NCBI GenBank assembly: GCA_965140935.1
Contig: CBCSLL010000171.1
Span: forward strand, 87,492 to 144,993
Length of the DNA stretch: 57,502 bases
Reading direction: 5' to 3'
From: Rotaria magnacalcarata
Taxonomy: Eukaryota
In this document: positions 28,731-42,109 of the stretch, piece by piece
How positions within the stretch are numbered: position 1 is the stretch's first letter
Layout of the letters: each line of letters opens with the position of its first letter
The notes under the pieces: model-generated
What the model was told of the DNA's origin: nothing
Databases searched by the model: none
What the model saw: the letters and a program-made list of their open reading frames with translations, nothing else
Position numbers and translations under genes: made by a program

Positions 28731-30698
28731 TTTTAAATAAATATCTACGAATAGGTTAAAAATGCAGTGAAAGGACCATAAATTTTGAAGAAAGAGCCAT
28801 GGGTCGAAACCATTTTTGGCTTTTTACAAATATGCTTTTAGCATGGCAATATATTCAAAATATCAGCTTCAACTATTTTTCTGGGACATATATGGATCAT
28901 TCTTATATCGAATTGTTTTCCGACATATGAAATTTGTAGATTGACATGATGTAGACATTTAATTTAGCACTGGAGTATTTGTGATAATGTTTTATAGTTT
29001 ATCGCAGCTGTAGTCAGCGAGGAAGAGTAATTAATTTGACGTAAATGTTTGGTTTTTTATTAAAAATAAAGTTTATTTGGCACTTCTCTAGACAGCAGTA
29101 TTTTTTAGCATGGCAACTCTCAGAATTGTCATCGAAAATAAGTGTTTTGAAACAAGAATCATTAGATGAATATGAAAAGGCTGATTCGGATAATGGAAAG
29201 GAACGTTTACCAGAATCGACTGTTCTTAATATATTTTCAAAATTAGAAGGCCAACAAGTACCAATATCTACTGTTGATAACAAACTGAAAGGAAAGAAGA
29301 GTGCGGATATAGGTGAGGTCACCGTTATCATCAAGCTCATTACATTATTTCCGTTATAGAATCATTGTCCTTGCCACTTTTAGGACCATCACTCGAACCG
29401 CCCACAAAACAATCAAGTAAATCAACGTCAGGTTTAATATTGCCATGCCATCAGCCATCAGTAGAAATATCTGAAGCTATAGGATCCCTATCTTGTATTC
29501 ATGAGCTCACGACTACAAGTAAGATTTGAATAATATACTGTTTGTATACGATCAAGAGTTTCGAAAGTTTTACACTTATTTCCGAGAAGGAAACAGCAAT
29601 TTATGAGCTTGATGTATTTGATTAAATGTAAGTGAGTCTAGTGAGCTTGATTAAGTTTTAGTGGATTTGCCCCATATTTTAAATTCATTGTTACTGAGAC
29701 TCCTTGAAGTTCAGGAAAAGTAATTAAAAGTTAGAAATGTTATGTTTCAATTACTGTCACTGATAAGTAACATTCGTGTTCTTATTTATACTATTGCTAT
29801 AGTAAATCATTAGTTTCGAGAAATACACTTTTCCTAACGAAAGTCGGAAGTTTACAAGTTCAGAAAATCGCCTATACATGGATGTGAATAAAGGTAAATC
29901 TTCCTGTTACGTACACCTACACTTACATTCGCACTCTCTTAATTTTTTTCTGGTGTAGCAAGAACGGTGGTAAGAACTTGAGTTATTATAGTGCGACATC
30001 CTTATTAGTTCGTTGTCAACTGTGCACGTTAAGCATGCTACGTTCTAATTTGTTGCCCATTTTAGGCGTCGAATTGGCATTGGCAGAATCATTCGATTCG
30101 TACGACCATACGGCTGATACTTCTGGATGGACTTCTCTTTCTTTTTCCGAACCACTGTCACCAGACGTATCATATCGAACAATACCATCCTGCACTAATG
30201 ACAGCTGTATGCCATCTCCAATAGCATCCGAAATGACTCCAAGTGTTGGTAAGTTAGAATCATATAAATTTCTCGATTACTTTAATCAATGGATAATGAA
30301 CATAGAACCATCTTTACAAATCTCGTCATTTGGTGGTAAACATGATAGCATACAAGTTACTACGAGGGAATCAAAAAGCTCGGACGGTCGTATACTCAAT
30401 GAAATATGTTGGAACGAAGTGAATATGCCAACAAAAACATCAGTTCGATACACTAAAGTAACTACATTAAAATGCAAGTTTTCCAGATACGTCATTCAAT
30501 TTTAGGAGCACCGGTATGACGACAGTAAGAAAAAATTTACACGTGAAAGTGCACAGCCAAAATCCACGATTCGCAATCAGACAAGAAAACTAGAGATGTG
30601 AGTTTTAAAAGGTTTGATAAGGATATGCAATGATTAGTTATTAATTGTCATTTTCGATCGATGGCTCTTTTTTTAATGATAATGAAATGAAAATTTAG

Positions 30699-31199
30699 AT
30701 CTCGATCAAGAATGGCATGTAATTCAATGTCCGACACATCTGTCTGCAATTTACTTCTTCTGGATGTGTGTCCACTTGGTCTGGGCATCGAAGATATTAA
30801 GGGTGAGATGCATACATTAATACGTCGTAATACAGCTATTCCAACGCGAACTCAACTTTATCCTATATTCACAAATGCTTATGCCTATCAGACAACAGTT
30901 ACCATTCGAATATTTGAAGGTGAACATTATCTCACAAAATACAATGTATGTAGTGTTCTAACTTCATAAATTTTATTTTCTAGTCTTCTCTATTGTAGAG
31001 ATTATTGGGCGAGTTTAGTCTTTCTGGTCTAACAAGCAACTTCGCTGCTCAGACACTCGAAATAGCTATTCGTATGGATATTGATGCTAATGGGATACTT
31101 CATGTCGATGCCGAAGAAGCACGCTCGGGCGCGAAGGCTCTATTTATTTTTGGGTCCGGTCAGCAAAGTTCGACAATTACTCAGATATTTCATACCACC
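30699..31199 (+). CDS. Two exons (30699-30945, 30999-31199) encoding an Hsp70 substrate-binding-domain (SBD-beta)-like segment. The complete gene structure (about 29100-32000) is unresolved and no canonical Hsp70 ATPase domain was recognised upstream.
   Basis: LLLLDVCPLGLGIEDIKGEMHTLIRRNTAIPTRTQLYPIFTNAYAYQTTVTIRIFEGEHYLTKYN | [44 protein letters not shown] aligns with the Hsp70 segment [32 protein letters not shown]...[49 protein letters not shown]. Donor aat|GTATGT at 30946; acceptor ttgtAG at 30997-98. The frame is phase 0 throughout. Confidence 0.55.
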
Positions 31200-33469
31200 G
31201 TTAAGTGCCTTTTATATTTATCTAGGATTGAGCAAATATGATATTGAGCGACATATTACATATGTAGAAAGCGATGCAAATTTTGCAGCTAAATCTGGTT
31301 AGTCTGAAAAAAGGATAAATGATGTTCAATTATTGTTATTTTGTAGTTTATGATCATAAACCCAATGATCAATTGTATCTAGTTCGTATTATGTCATCTT
31401 TTCATAGCTTCGATTCTTCACTTTTTCTGTCTTTTCTCAGCTGGATGGTCAAATTGAATCTCTAATACGTGACTTTTCCGGTGAACTTATAACCTCATTC
31501 GGTAATTTGTCCTTTGTTGTTGTTTGAAAGATATAGTGCAATGGTGTATGAATTCAGGCCAAACAATTGGTGCTCCACTTCTCATTAAATTGAAAAATGT
31601 TCAATTTTCAAAAACGTTAACTGAAGAGCTCATCAAACTTCAATCCGAGGTAATTAATACTATTTTCAAGTCTTATTACCAAATCATTGTTTTGCATTTG
31701 ATTCGAACATAGGACGGTTCATTTACGTTGAATAAAGATTTAGCTGATATACTTCATGTTAATGTTGATATTTTCAATGGTCTAGAACAATATTTACGCG
31801 CACTAGGTTTTAACTCGCTCGGTAAAATCGTACGGTTTATTATAGAGATATGATCTTTAATTTTCTTAGCTCTGAACACACAAAATGAAATTCTTCGTTT
31901 AATTGGTACAGGTGCCATTCTGCTTTGGCTCGTTCTTCAAATGCAAGACTCACCACAAAACACGTGTCAATCTTTATTTAATATTGAACAAATCAAAGTG
32001 AATTGAATTTTTCCAATCTTTGCAATTTATATCCTACTCTCTCTATGTTGCTAAGGCTTTTCTCTGCAACTATTTACCTGTTAACACAAGTGAAAAACTT
32101 AACAAAGCGATCGGATTCTATCAACAAATAAGTCAACGTAATTGTATCTATTGTAAACAATTAGAATTGAGCGATTCATCATGGGACATGTTTATTCAAC
32201 GTATGGTTATCGGCATCGATCATGACGATAACTAAAAAGTGATTTTCAGTGGCATCTATTTATTTTTCTAATAATTTTACCTTTACACTTTTATTATTCT
32301 AATCATGAATCACATCAATATTGTTTATTCTTAAACACAAAAGAAAACAAAGCATTAAAGGGTGCTGTTAGAAGTGCGTGAGGCTAATAGTAAACATAAG
32401 GCGCACATCTTTATGTTTTTCATGAGTCATGTGTTGGAAAAAGTAGTTGCAAGAATCCTCAGTGCAAATCTTGGCGCGCTAATCATTATTCCTGGCTTAC
32501 AACTAAGAGGCATTACACGTAAGTCACGACCAATTGCCACAGAACGTTGCTCAATGAATTTCACTGATTTGAGTGATCTTTTTACTGTGGGTAGATACCA
32601 TGAAGTTATGAAGAGTCCCAAAATTTCAACTCAAACGAATAAGCCGTTCCCAAAATATGGGTTTTGAAGATATGAAAATTTCGAAAAAATTCAAAATTTT
32701 TGGGGTACGATCATTTTGAGTAAATTTCCATCTTCTTACCAACGATAAAGGTTATCGCCGAGATATTTTTACTATAGATACTATCGCTAATGGACTACCA
32801 TTGGATAGTAACAAAAGTACTTCATCGCTCTACAATAGTACCCTAGTATTCTATACCATTTTCAGAATACATGTTCGTATAAATCAGGTAAAGTGATTGG
32901 ATCAGCGCACTAGAATGAGTAGCTAGGATTCGCATCTGAAAGAGCACATAAAAGTGCATCACATGGCGTTATCAGGTGATATTGAACTTTAGTATAGAAA
33001 AGCTTTTCAATAATAGTTTAATTTAATATGAAAATTTTCTATCTAGAAAATACTCATTCTAGTCGATATTTCTCATACTTTATCGTTAGAAATTGTCTCT
33101 TTTAGAAAAGTAATTGTATATTATGATAGTGCTTGAAATTCTACACAAACATATGTACCCAGGTCGAACAATCTGACAGAAGATCTTGTCAGATTTTTCG
33201 ACTTGGCTATATAGGAATAGAAAAGAGGCTTAATTTGACAAATACATTATCGTAGTCATCATATCCATCAAATGATTCTTTAAATTTCTTTTACAAACTT
33301 ATGATGATGATGCATAGAAATTATTATAATTGTCAATATATATTAAAATAGCACATAAAATCCTCTATAATTTTCTCTATTTGAAATTTTGTTATGTATT
33401 TTATAATTTCATTGTCAAGATTTTCGATATTATGTAAAACGATAGTGTTAGGTAGTGAAGTTGTACTTG

Positions 33470-33600
33470 GTTCACTACGTTTCTTTTTCTTTGTCTTTGT
33501 CTTTTTCTTTCTTTCGTTTTTCTCATCTTTCGTTTCTTTGTTTCTTCTTTTACCTCACGTACATTTCTATATATATATATTCCTTTGTTTATATTTGAAA
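33470..33600. repeat. Pyrimidine-rich low-complexity tract of (CTTT)/(TTTC)-like repeats.
   Basis: Read directly. It underlies spurious ORFs 33394..33603 and 33401..33616. Confidence 0.7.
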
Positions 33601-34716
33601 TAAACAGTTTACACATTTTTCCACGTCTAGTCTAGATAGACTAACAGATTGATTATTGCATTCTATCAAGAAATTATAAATATTCGAAGAAAATAAATAA
33701 AAATAAAGCAATCTTCAAACTGTTTAATTTTCCGAATAATCACAAATGCTTATTCACATACTATATTTGTGTACTCTTTCTATTAAATGTCAATGAAATA
33801 AAGTGTTCTTGAATACAATTCGTAACGATCAATAATAGGAGATAATTAGTTGAGTAGAAAAACATATATGAAAATCGGAAGTTGTATAAAACTTTGGATA
33901 AAAAAGGATTTTAACAATCGTAATCAGTAATTGACTTTTTGAGTTTTCGAACTGAATTGCTACTTCTACTGCTCGTTGATCGTCTTCATCTGATTCAGTA
34001 TCGTTTGATTGATCAATGAATAAAAGTGGATGTGTATGAGTATTCTCTTTTGATTATGTTGAAGGATTCGCTATTTAAACGAGATATTACATTGACTACA
34101 TTAGAGAAATAGCTCTTCGGATGCTTACTTCTGATTAAAACATTTTTATGTGCCTGTTGTGTAGGTTTAACTGATTCCTTTCTTTAATGCTTTATTCAAC
34201 ATTTTAATTTGATTTTGTACCTAGAAGATACGAAATGCAGATGATCTAGTGCAGAATGTTTTTGATCTATTCGACTACAGGTGAAATACTGAGTGGGTTT
34301 AATTGTTTTTTGTTCCATCAATATTTCGAGCAGTACGAATACGAGTGACATACTCTTGTGCTGACATTTTGCTTTCTTAAATACGAAAAAGAATAAATAT
34401 TAGTTATACAGCGCATTTTTTATTTTTTTCTGTAAAAGTATGTTATGATAGTTTTGGAATTTGTTTTTATTTTAATTATTTCTGTCTCGAATAATTCAAG
34501 CAAGTCAGATGCTGGAAACGAACTAGTTTTCAATTGGGCCCATCTCCGTCAGACCACTTCAGAGTAGTCCACTGTCGATCATCGATTGACATCAGCATTT
34601 TCTCGAACAATCAATAGTCGAGAAACAATTTAGAAAAAAAATTATTTTCAAAATTGATGTTTTGTATGTTGAATCATATTGTTCATCTACCACCCATGGG
34701 AAAATTTTCGTCCCTT

Positions 34717-34940
34717 TTCAATGTTGCAAAACGCGTCAATGCTGACCGGTTTAATGCGTTCCGCAGCTACTGAATCGGTTTAAAATGCCGCGAGATGATA
34801 TGCCTTTTGTTTTCAACCTGAAATAGTGGCTCCCAAACGTGTTTTGAGTAAATTGGAAAATTGGTTTTACGCCTGTGTTACCATAGGAAACGCTGCGAAA
34901 CACGTTAAATCGGTCAGCATTAACGCGATTCGCAGTGAAT
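34717..34940. repeat. Locally GC-rich inverted repeat with ~45-bp imperfect arms and a ~125-bp spacer (cgcgtcaatgctgaccggtttaatgcgttccgcagc / gctgcgaaacacgttaaatcggtcagcattaacgcg).
   Basis: Read directly. Its base composition contrasts with the surrounding AT-rich DNA. Confidence 0.5.
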
Positions 34941-36217
34941 ATATCTTAATCTTTTATCCCATGAGACATCCCACGCCTATTTATTGCTTGTATTTATGAT
35001 TACAATCAATATTCTTTCTGAACTGCACAAAATCTTGCACCATCGACAGTTTCATAGGACTTCTTATGTGTATATTGATAGTACAATTTCATTATATCTA
35101 CTTCATAGAAAAGCTGATAAAACATGTTTCTAACAGAAATAGAACTAAATGAAGACAGTTATTTTTAAATTTCAACCGGTGATTTTTCGGTATTTATCAG
35201 CCCGGTTGAATATCTGAACCGGATAGTTTTCTGATTTTGAAAAAAAAAACATTCTAATTTTTAGGATTTTTAGCTGACCACTGGTGATAGTGATATCTAT
35301 AGAATTGAAACGAAACAACATGGATGGATGATTGTAACGCATGAACATATCTCATTGGTTAATAAATTTTGTATGAAATATGAAATGAGGTAGATATTTA
35401 CACTTTGGTTCAGTTCACAGGTTTCGTTCACTACTGTGCACCATTACTATTCAGTTTTATTTTATTTGTCAGAACTTCATTTCCTATATTATGACAACCA
35501 GGTTGTTAAATCATTGCTTGTCGTTTCCAAAAGTTTTCTTGAAACGATTAAACAACATCAAATCTTATATTAATTTGGGTACCGAAATGAAATTATTGAA
35601 TGATAAAAAGCAATTTGAAAAAGCACTCGCAATATTTGATCAACACGGTATAAACAATATTACCACGTTGTCGAATTTCGCCATTGGTCACGTTTAAAAG
35701 CATACGCTAATGTGAGAGATCTTCAACGTGGCAAAATTATACATAATCTCATTGCATCCGAAACCAAAAATGGTATATATGTATCATCAACATTAATTCA
35801 TATGTATGGTAAGTTTCACCAAGAACTTTCTGTTTCTTTTCTTACTGATTTTTAAATACAGCGCAATGTGCTGATATCGCAAGTGCTCAATCATTATTTG
35901 ATTCGACCAAAAACAAGACATCCTCAATGTATCGAATCATGATGAAAGGTAATGATTCTTTCAAGGATTAGCATAAACAAGCACATGGTTCTTAAAGGCT
36001 ATAAGGTGCACACAATGCAAAATTCGAGTAAAATTTATTTTTCGTTTTTAGTACATCATTCGATAGAACAGATGACAGTGATCACGAATATTTGGTTTAA
36101 ATTTTTTTTAGATGCTGTCTTGGGTCTGAAAAACCAGAAAAACTTTCGGCTTCTGAAAAACCACTTTTTTCAGTGTTTTTCCGTAAAATGGGATTTTGAG
36201 ACTCAAGACATAGTCTA

Positions 36218-37348
36218 TTTAACTTGAAAAGGACATATTCTTGTTCAGCGTGAAATGCTGAATCAGAATATATCATCAATAACTTTTTAGACACTAACCG
36301 TCGCCTGGTAGGGCCTCTACAGTGGAGTCTTCAGAAACCCTAAGTACCCCTACTTCCAAACTTTTCACAGGTTTTATTTGTCATGCTAGAATCAATTTTT
36401 TATGCCAATCGACTCGTCAGATCATTCTGCACAAAACTATGCGAGTAGATTTTCGAAATTTTTTTTCTTGGTTGAGAAAATCGGATTTTACCAAAAACCT
36501 ATGCTAAAACGAAAATCTCACTTTTCTGCTTTTCCTTGATTTTCGAGATATGAAACCCAAAAGATTGCCAAGTAGGTAATCAAGCATGGAGAATTCAATG
36601 GACATCCTCCTGCAAGCTTTATATGGTTCTCTAGGGTTTTTGGAGGCACTTAGCAAGGTTTTTGGGTGATTTTTCGCCAAATTTTGGGGTTCATAAGACA
36701 CTGAGTATTGTGGAAGCTTACAAGCCCACCAATTTCGGTACTTAGTGCCGTTTCTTGCAGATTTTGACGTAAAACTTTTAGTTCCAGTAAATAATTTCTA
36801 TTATGCCTCGAAAGTCACAGCATTCGAAATCGATCTCCTGTGCATTTCTACACAAGAGAACCATTGAAAGTGAGAACTGCAGTGGCTCATCCGAAGCAGG
36901 TATTGATTCAGAAGCAAACGACAGAAGCTTGGAGCGGTCGACACAATTCATATAAGAAATTACAAATACTGATCTGCCTGTTTTGTTTGAACTTTGCTAG
37001 GCGAAATGCCCACTTATATATCTGACTGTTTTACCGTAGATGACTTTGCGCAATTTTTCGTTTTAGCATAGGTTTTTGGTAAAATCCGATTTTCTCAACC
37101 AAGAAAAAAAATTTCGAAAATCTACTCGCATAGTTTTGTGCAGAATGATCTGACAAGTCGATTGGCATAAAAAATTGATTCTAGCATGACAAATAAAACC
37201 TGTGAAAAGTTTGGAAGTAGGGGTACTTAGGGTTTCTGAAGACTCCACTGTAGAGGCCCTACCAGGCGACGGTTAGTGTCTAAAAAGTTATTGATGATAT
37301 ATTCTGATTCAGCATTTCACGCTGAACAAGAATATGTCCTTTTCAACT
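36218..37348. mobile_element. Second large foldback element from a different sequence family. Arms are ~36218-36515 and ~37052-37348 (~300 bp, near-identical) with a ~535-bp spacer.
   Basis: ORFs 36322..36507(+) and 37063..37248(-) encode the same 61-aa peptide, which is diagnostic of an inverted duplication. The arms were checked by eye (ttgaaaaggacatattcttgttcagcgtgaaatgctg... versus its reverse complement at 37290-37348). Confidence 0.85.
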
Positions 37349-38628
37349 TAAGAGTCATTCTCTGTAGGAATTACGGCCTTTGAGAAGTGACCCACCTCAG
37401 AATTGTCTGAAAATTTCAGGGTATAGGTAAAAAGTTGTCCTGATTCTAAAAATATAATTTTTTTAAAGTTCTCATTGGGAAAAAGAAGTTATGGCTACTG
37501 GACCATGACCAAAATGAGTATATATCGATTTTTTAAAAATTGTCTAAAAATATTTTTGATATGTCAGAAATGTAGAGCTCATCAAGCTGATCATTTTTAC
37601 ATTGGCCATATCTTTCTAAACCTTAAGCTTCAAGCGCTAATTCGTCTCTAAAGTAGACAAATATTAAGAATTTCACCTGTTTCCTCATATTTCACCATTA
37701 AAACTCAGCATAAGTACTACTTATAATACATGGATTTAATCATCTGACTTCCAACTACACGCTCATGTGTTTACCGACTCTTCAAGCCTCTCCCTTCGAA
37801 AGCTATACCGCAAAGAACATCGAAAAAGTGGAAAATAACGCACAACCTTACACTTGTTTCGGATTTTTCTAAAAAGGTATCAAATCAATGACTTTCAATC
37901 TAACAGAATCTTGTTCAGAATAGTCAACTCTACCGGAAACTGTGATTTAACAATTTAGAAAAAAGCGTCAAAAAAAAGTTCCTTTTAATATGGTTAGATC
38001 ACAATATCCAGAAATATCGCTAAAATATTTTGTAAACCGTCGCATTAATTTTTACAAGAGTGGAATAAAAAACCATGTATCACAGATTGTAGCGCGCCAT
38101 TTCTACTATTAGGATCTGTGTTTAGTTTTGTTTCCACTGTTACTTTATGTGGAAAATGTTTGGTAACTTGGAAAAAAAGTGGTACAAAAATAGACAAATG
38201 AGCAAATAATTCACCTTTTACATAGTGAATAAATATTTTCAGTCCAAAACTGATAACGGATTCAGAATCTACGTAGAAATCTACGTGCATAGCGTTAGTC
38301 TCTTACTCACCCACACGTACAACTACCTAACAACTGATAGATGAAAGTGCTTTACACAAGAATATATTTACATGTGTCAAATTTTGTTTTGTGTTCTGTA
38401 CAATGTTTCTTTGCTCCTAGAAGTGTTGTAATGTCCACTGACGGTAGAATGGTCATGTGGGAGAGGAGAAGAAAAAGAGAAAATAGCCAAGTTTCTTGTC
38501 GTTCTGCACACAATTTGACGTTAGAAAGAAAAATGTGTTTTTCTTGAAAATCGTTTGTTTTTGAGGATAATATTATTCACTTTTCAAAATCTTTACAACT
38601 TCTGTTGTTAGTATAAATTATTTATAAT

Positions 38629-39250
38629 TTGAACTCAAAGTTAAACAAAATAATGACAGGTCAAGATTCGAAATTTCAAAAGTGTTCCTTTTATGATCAT
38701 TTACACGATTTTGGTCCAAGTACAAAACCAAAAAGTTTTGACGTGGTTTCAATTGATCAATTGGAATCAAATGTACAACTGGGACTAGATTATGTCTCAG
38801 AATTTGATTTAATTGTTTCACGGTGTGGTGTATCAAATGTGGAAGTAACTGATATTCGAGAAATATGTGCAAAGCATCGATACAAATTCTGAATTTATTA
38901 CAAACTATCTCGTTGTTGTCAGCATCCCAACTGCATCAACAGATGTACTTCTTCAAAACATGCTTCGTTGAATCTGTCACGTTATGTTTCAACGAAATAT
39001 CGGTGCAAGTTTCCCATAAGTACTTTATTTTTAAATGTTAAACTGTTCATTAGTATTTCTGATTATTCGATGTTTTAGAAGGAAATATTTGTATGGTTTG
39101 TCGTGGTCAAGAAGAAAAAGTAATGAGAAGCACAAACTCTGACTCGGGCGGGCTATCTCCAATGGAAGAAGAGGCAGTGGAGGAAACTTTAACAAACTTC
39201 AAACAACGTCCAACAGATTTATACAATTTCCGGAACATTAAGAATCCACA
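38629..39250 (+). CDS. Candidate upstream exons (approx. 38629-38890?, 39076-39250) of the unknown-function gene whose large exon starts at 39734. They contain Cys/His-rich motifs (QKCSFYDHLHDFG; EGNICMVCRGQEE).
   Basis: Exon 39076-39250 ends ...NFRNIKNPHF + a (donor a|GTATGT), which is phase-compatible with acceptor catttAG at 39732-33. The exon joining 38890 to 39076 was not resolved. Confidence 0.3.
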
Positions 39251-39733
39251 TTTTAGTATGTTTATTCTTTGAAAATGCTTATATTTTTGAGTGATTGTTA
39301 CTTATTTTAATTCGGTGGATACATTTAATAATAAATAATAAAGAAAAGATTACCGAATAGATCATTTTTTATTAATGAGACGTTTCGTCAACAGGATTTA
39401 AACTTCAAACTTTCGTAAAGGAACTCGCGAAAAAGTTTGAGAAAAGGCTTTAGATGCTTTCGAAGGAAATGATCTTACGTGAGCACGACACATAGACTTA
39501 TTAAATCTAAATGTCTATTTTGCATGAACGTTTTCCAAGTTTATTTAGTAGCTCGATTTGGAGTATAATAAACTAATGGTGCAAAAATGACAGGTTCGAT
39601 CGAGGTTTTGCGCTTGATACAAAACCTTCATTTGAAGGAGTGTTCATTTGCGTTTATAGCACTGCCCATGCCAAACGGAAATGATTGTTTTCTCGCTAGA
39701 ATCGCTAATTTACTTATTCTTATTTCCATTTAG

Positions 39734-41631
39734 ATAACGATGAACTAAACAAGTCGTTTTCTGATCTCAGCACCACCACCAGTCAACAAAGTGTTGGGCA
39801 TGTATGGGAAGAAGAACTGTCTGGATCTCAAAAAGCAAACGTAAACGAAATTCGTTATCAAATAAATCCATCTTTGAATCCCATCATGTATCAAGTTAAA
39901 AATTCTCCGTTTACGACAAGCAAAAGAAAACAAAATATGTTAAAACAATCTCTTCTCTCTATTCTAAGGGAGTCCACTTCATTTTTTGCCAAAGCTTATT
40001 GTCCTGGTCATTCCAAAGAACTATTAGATTTATGTGAAGTTCCGACGTTTCTTCGTAAAGAACATGATACATTTTCGAACGATGATAAAATATTACAGTC
40101 GATAAAAGAAATTTATGGTAATAGTACGGACAGTCGATTAAAACTTCAGTTGTTATCTATCGTCGTAAAGAAAACTTACGCGCCTACCGATATTAAATCT
40201 GCATTCAACTGTAATGATTATATGATTACTCAAGCGATACAACATGGGTTAAACAACGGTTCCTGTTCTATTATACCGCGACAACATTTTCATCGTACTC
40301 GAGTCTCGTTTAACAGAATAAAACATTTTATGGATTTTCTATTCGATCATGATTTCGTACAGGACGTTGCGTACGGCACAACAAAAATTCGAACAATAAA
40401 TGAAGCGTTCACAATTCCGCTAGTCGTTAAAAAATGCATAAACTCTCATATCGTCTATGCCTATGATGAATACTGTCAACAAATTCCATTCGAACGTCTA
40501 TCAAAAAATTCATTATATCGTGTATTAAAGGAATGTAAAATGTCTCAACGAACATCGCTTGCTGGTCTTGATGATTACACTGCAGATGGACCAGAAAGCT
40601 TTGATGCACTAGAAAATCTCGTATCATCATTACCAGTTACAAAATCGAAACAGCAACGAATAATAACGCAATTACATAATGCCAAAAGATATTTAAAAAT
40701 CGGATTTTCCTTAAATTTATCGTTACAATCGAGTATTTCTTCACATTGTGTCGACTTTGCTCCTTCGGATTCTAATTCTAAAAGCGATTTTTATATTAAC
40801 TGTAATCATCACCACAGTCATCATTGTGAAAGCTGTGAAAATTTAGTCACAACACTCAGTCAAATAACAGAACTAATTCGGACGTCTAATAATTCAAAAA
40901 AAGAAGAATGGCAATATGATTGCACTGCAAGCATTAACAAAATTTATGAGTGGCAGAAACACCTTGTTCATCATTTTGCTCAATCCAAATCAAAAAATGA
41001 TATTTTGAAGAATCTTAAACCTGATGCAGCATTTTGGCTTAGAGATTGGAGCATGAAGGTATTACCTATAGAGTATCGTGAAAAGTCCAGCAATTGGTTC
41101 GGTAAACGAGGAATGTCACAAGAAGTTGACATTTTTTCTGTAACATCTGGAAGAACAACGAGTGATAATCAACAAATTCCATTAAAATATGTTTATTTGA
41201 CGATGCTTGATCAATCCAGTAAAGATATACACACCGTGGGCGCAGTGCCTGATCAGGTCCTGAAGCAATTTCATATTGATGCTCCACAAGTGAAAAATAT
41301 TTTAAGAAAGGACAATGCAACGTGTTATGCAGATGGTGCACAAATATATCTTACAAAATACATCTGTCAGCAAAACGGCTTTCAGTTGAAACGTATTGAT
41401 TTTAACGAAGCTGGTAAAGGAAAAGATCTATGCGACAGAGAAAGTGCATGCACAAAAACACATCGTGATTATTATGTATCTTCCGGACACAATGTTACTA
41501 CTGCTCTTGAAATGAAACAAGCTGCTAAGTCGAATGGAGGTGTCAAAGACACAAAAGTTGCAGTTGTCAATATCGAAGATAACGGTAAGAATAGTTCTAC
41601 TTTCGAACGCCTGGGTCTAGGCCATTGTTGA
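39734..41631 (+). CDS. Large terminal-region exon (about 630 codons) of a gene of unknown function. It has a His/Cys cluster (CNHHHSHHCESCENL) and a D...(33 aa)...E arrangement (RKDNATCYADGAQ...IDFNEAGKGKDLCD) faintly reminiscent of DDE/DD34E transposase cores.
   Basis: Long open frame. It continues in frame upstream of the annotated ORF start to acceptor AG 39732-33 (…DNDELNKSFSDLSTTTSQQSVGHVWEEEL…). Stop at 41629-41631. No confident homology was recognised. Confidence 0.55.
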
Positions 41632-42109
41632 GAAAACAACTGTTTTACTTGTTAGGATCCCTAATATAAGCGTTAAGAAAGCTATATAGCTCCAAGGATG
41701 TCTCTTCCTGACATGATAAAAAAACCAAAGCGATGAGGGTTGATTTATCCCGCTTCGAGAGCATCAAAATTAGAAACGTTTTACATTTCTGTTTGAACAT
41801 TTTAGAAAAAGCTTTAGGCTGCCAGTTGAGAAAGATACAGTGGCCAAATGGAATATTTAACGAAAAAGCACCACAAACTAATCATACAAAATCTTTTTTC
41901 TTTTAGAAAAGACACTAAAATTAGTTAAATTAAAAGACTCGACTCAATACCATAGTTATGAATTTGTTAATAACAATGTACGAGCATGGAGACAATATGC
42001 AACTGGTTCTGGTCATCTTCTAAAATTACCACTATTCGAACAATTAGAATTTAAGTCAGGACTGACGGTTATCAGTCCGTTTCCTCCAATTTTCTCTCAA
42101 GGAACCAGG

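Noticed and set aside
36322-37248. ORFs 36322..36507(+) and 37063..37248(-) encode an identical 61-aa peptide.
   Set aside because: This is an artefact of the large inverted repeat (foldback arms). No start context, splice signals or homology support a real gene.
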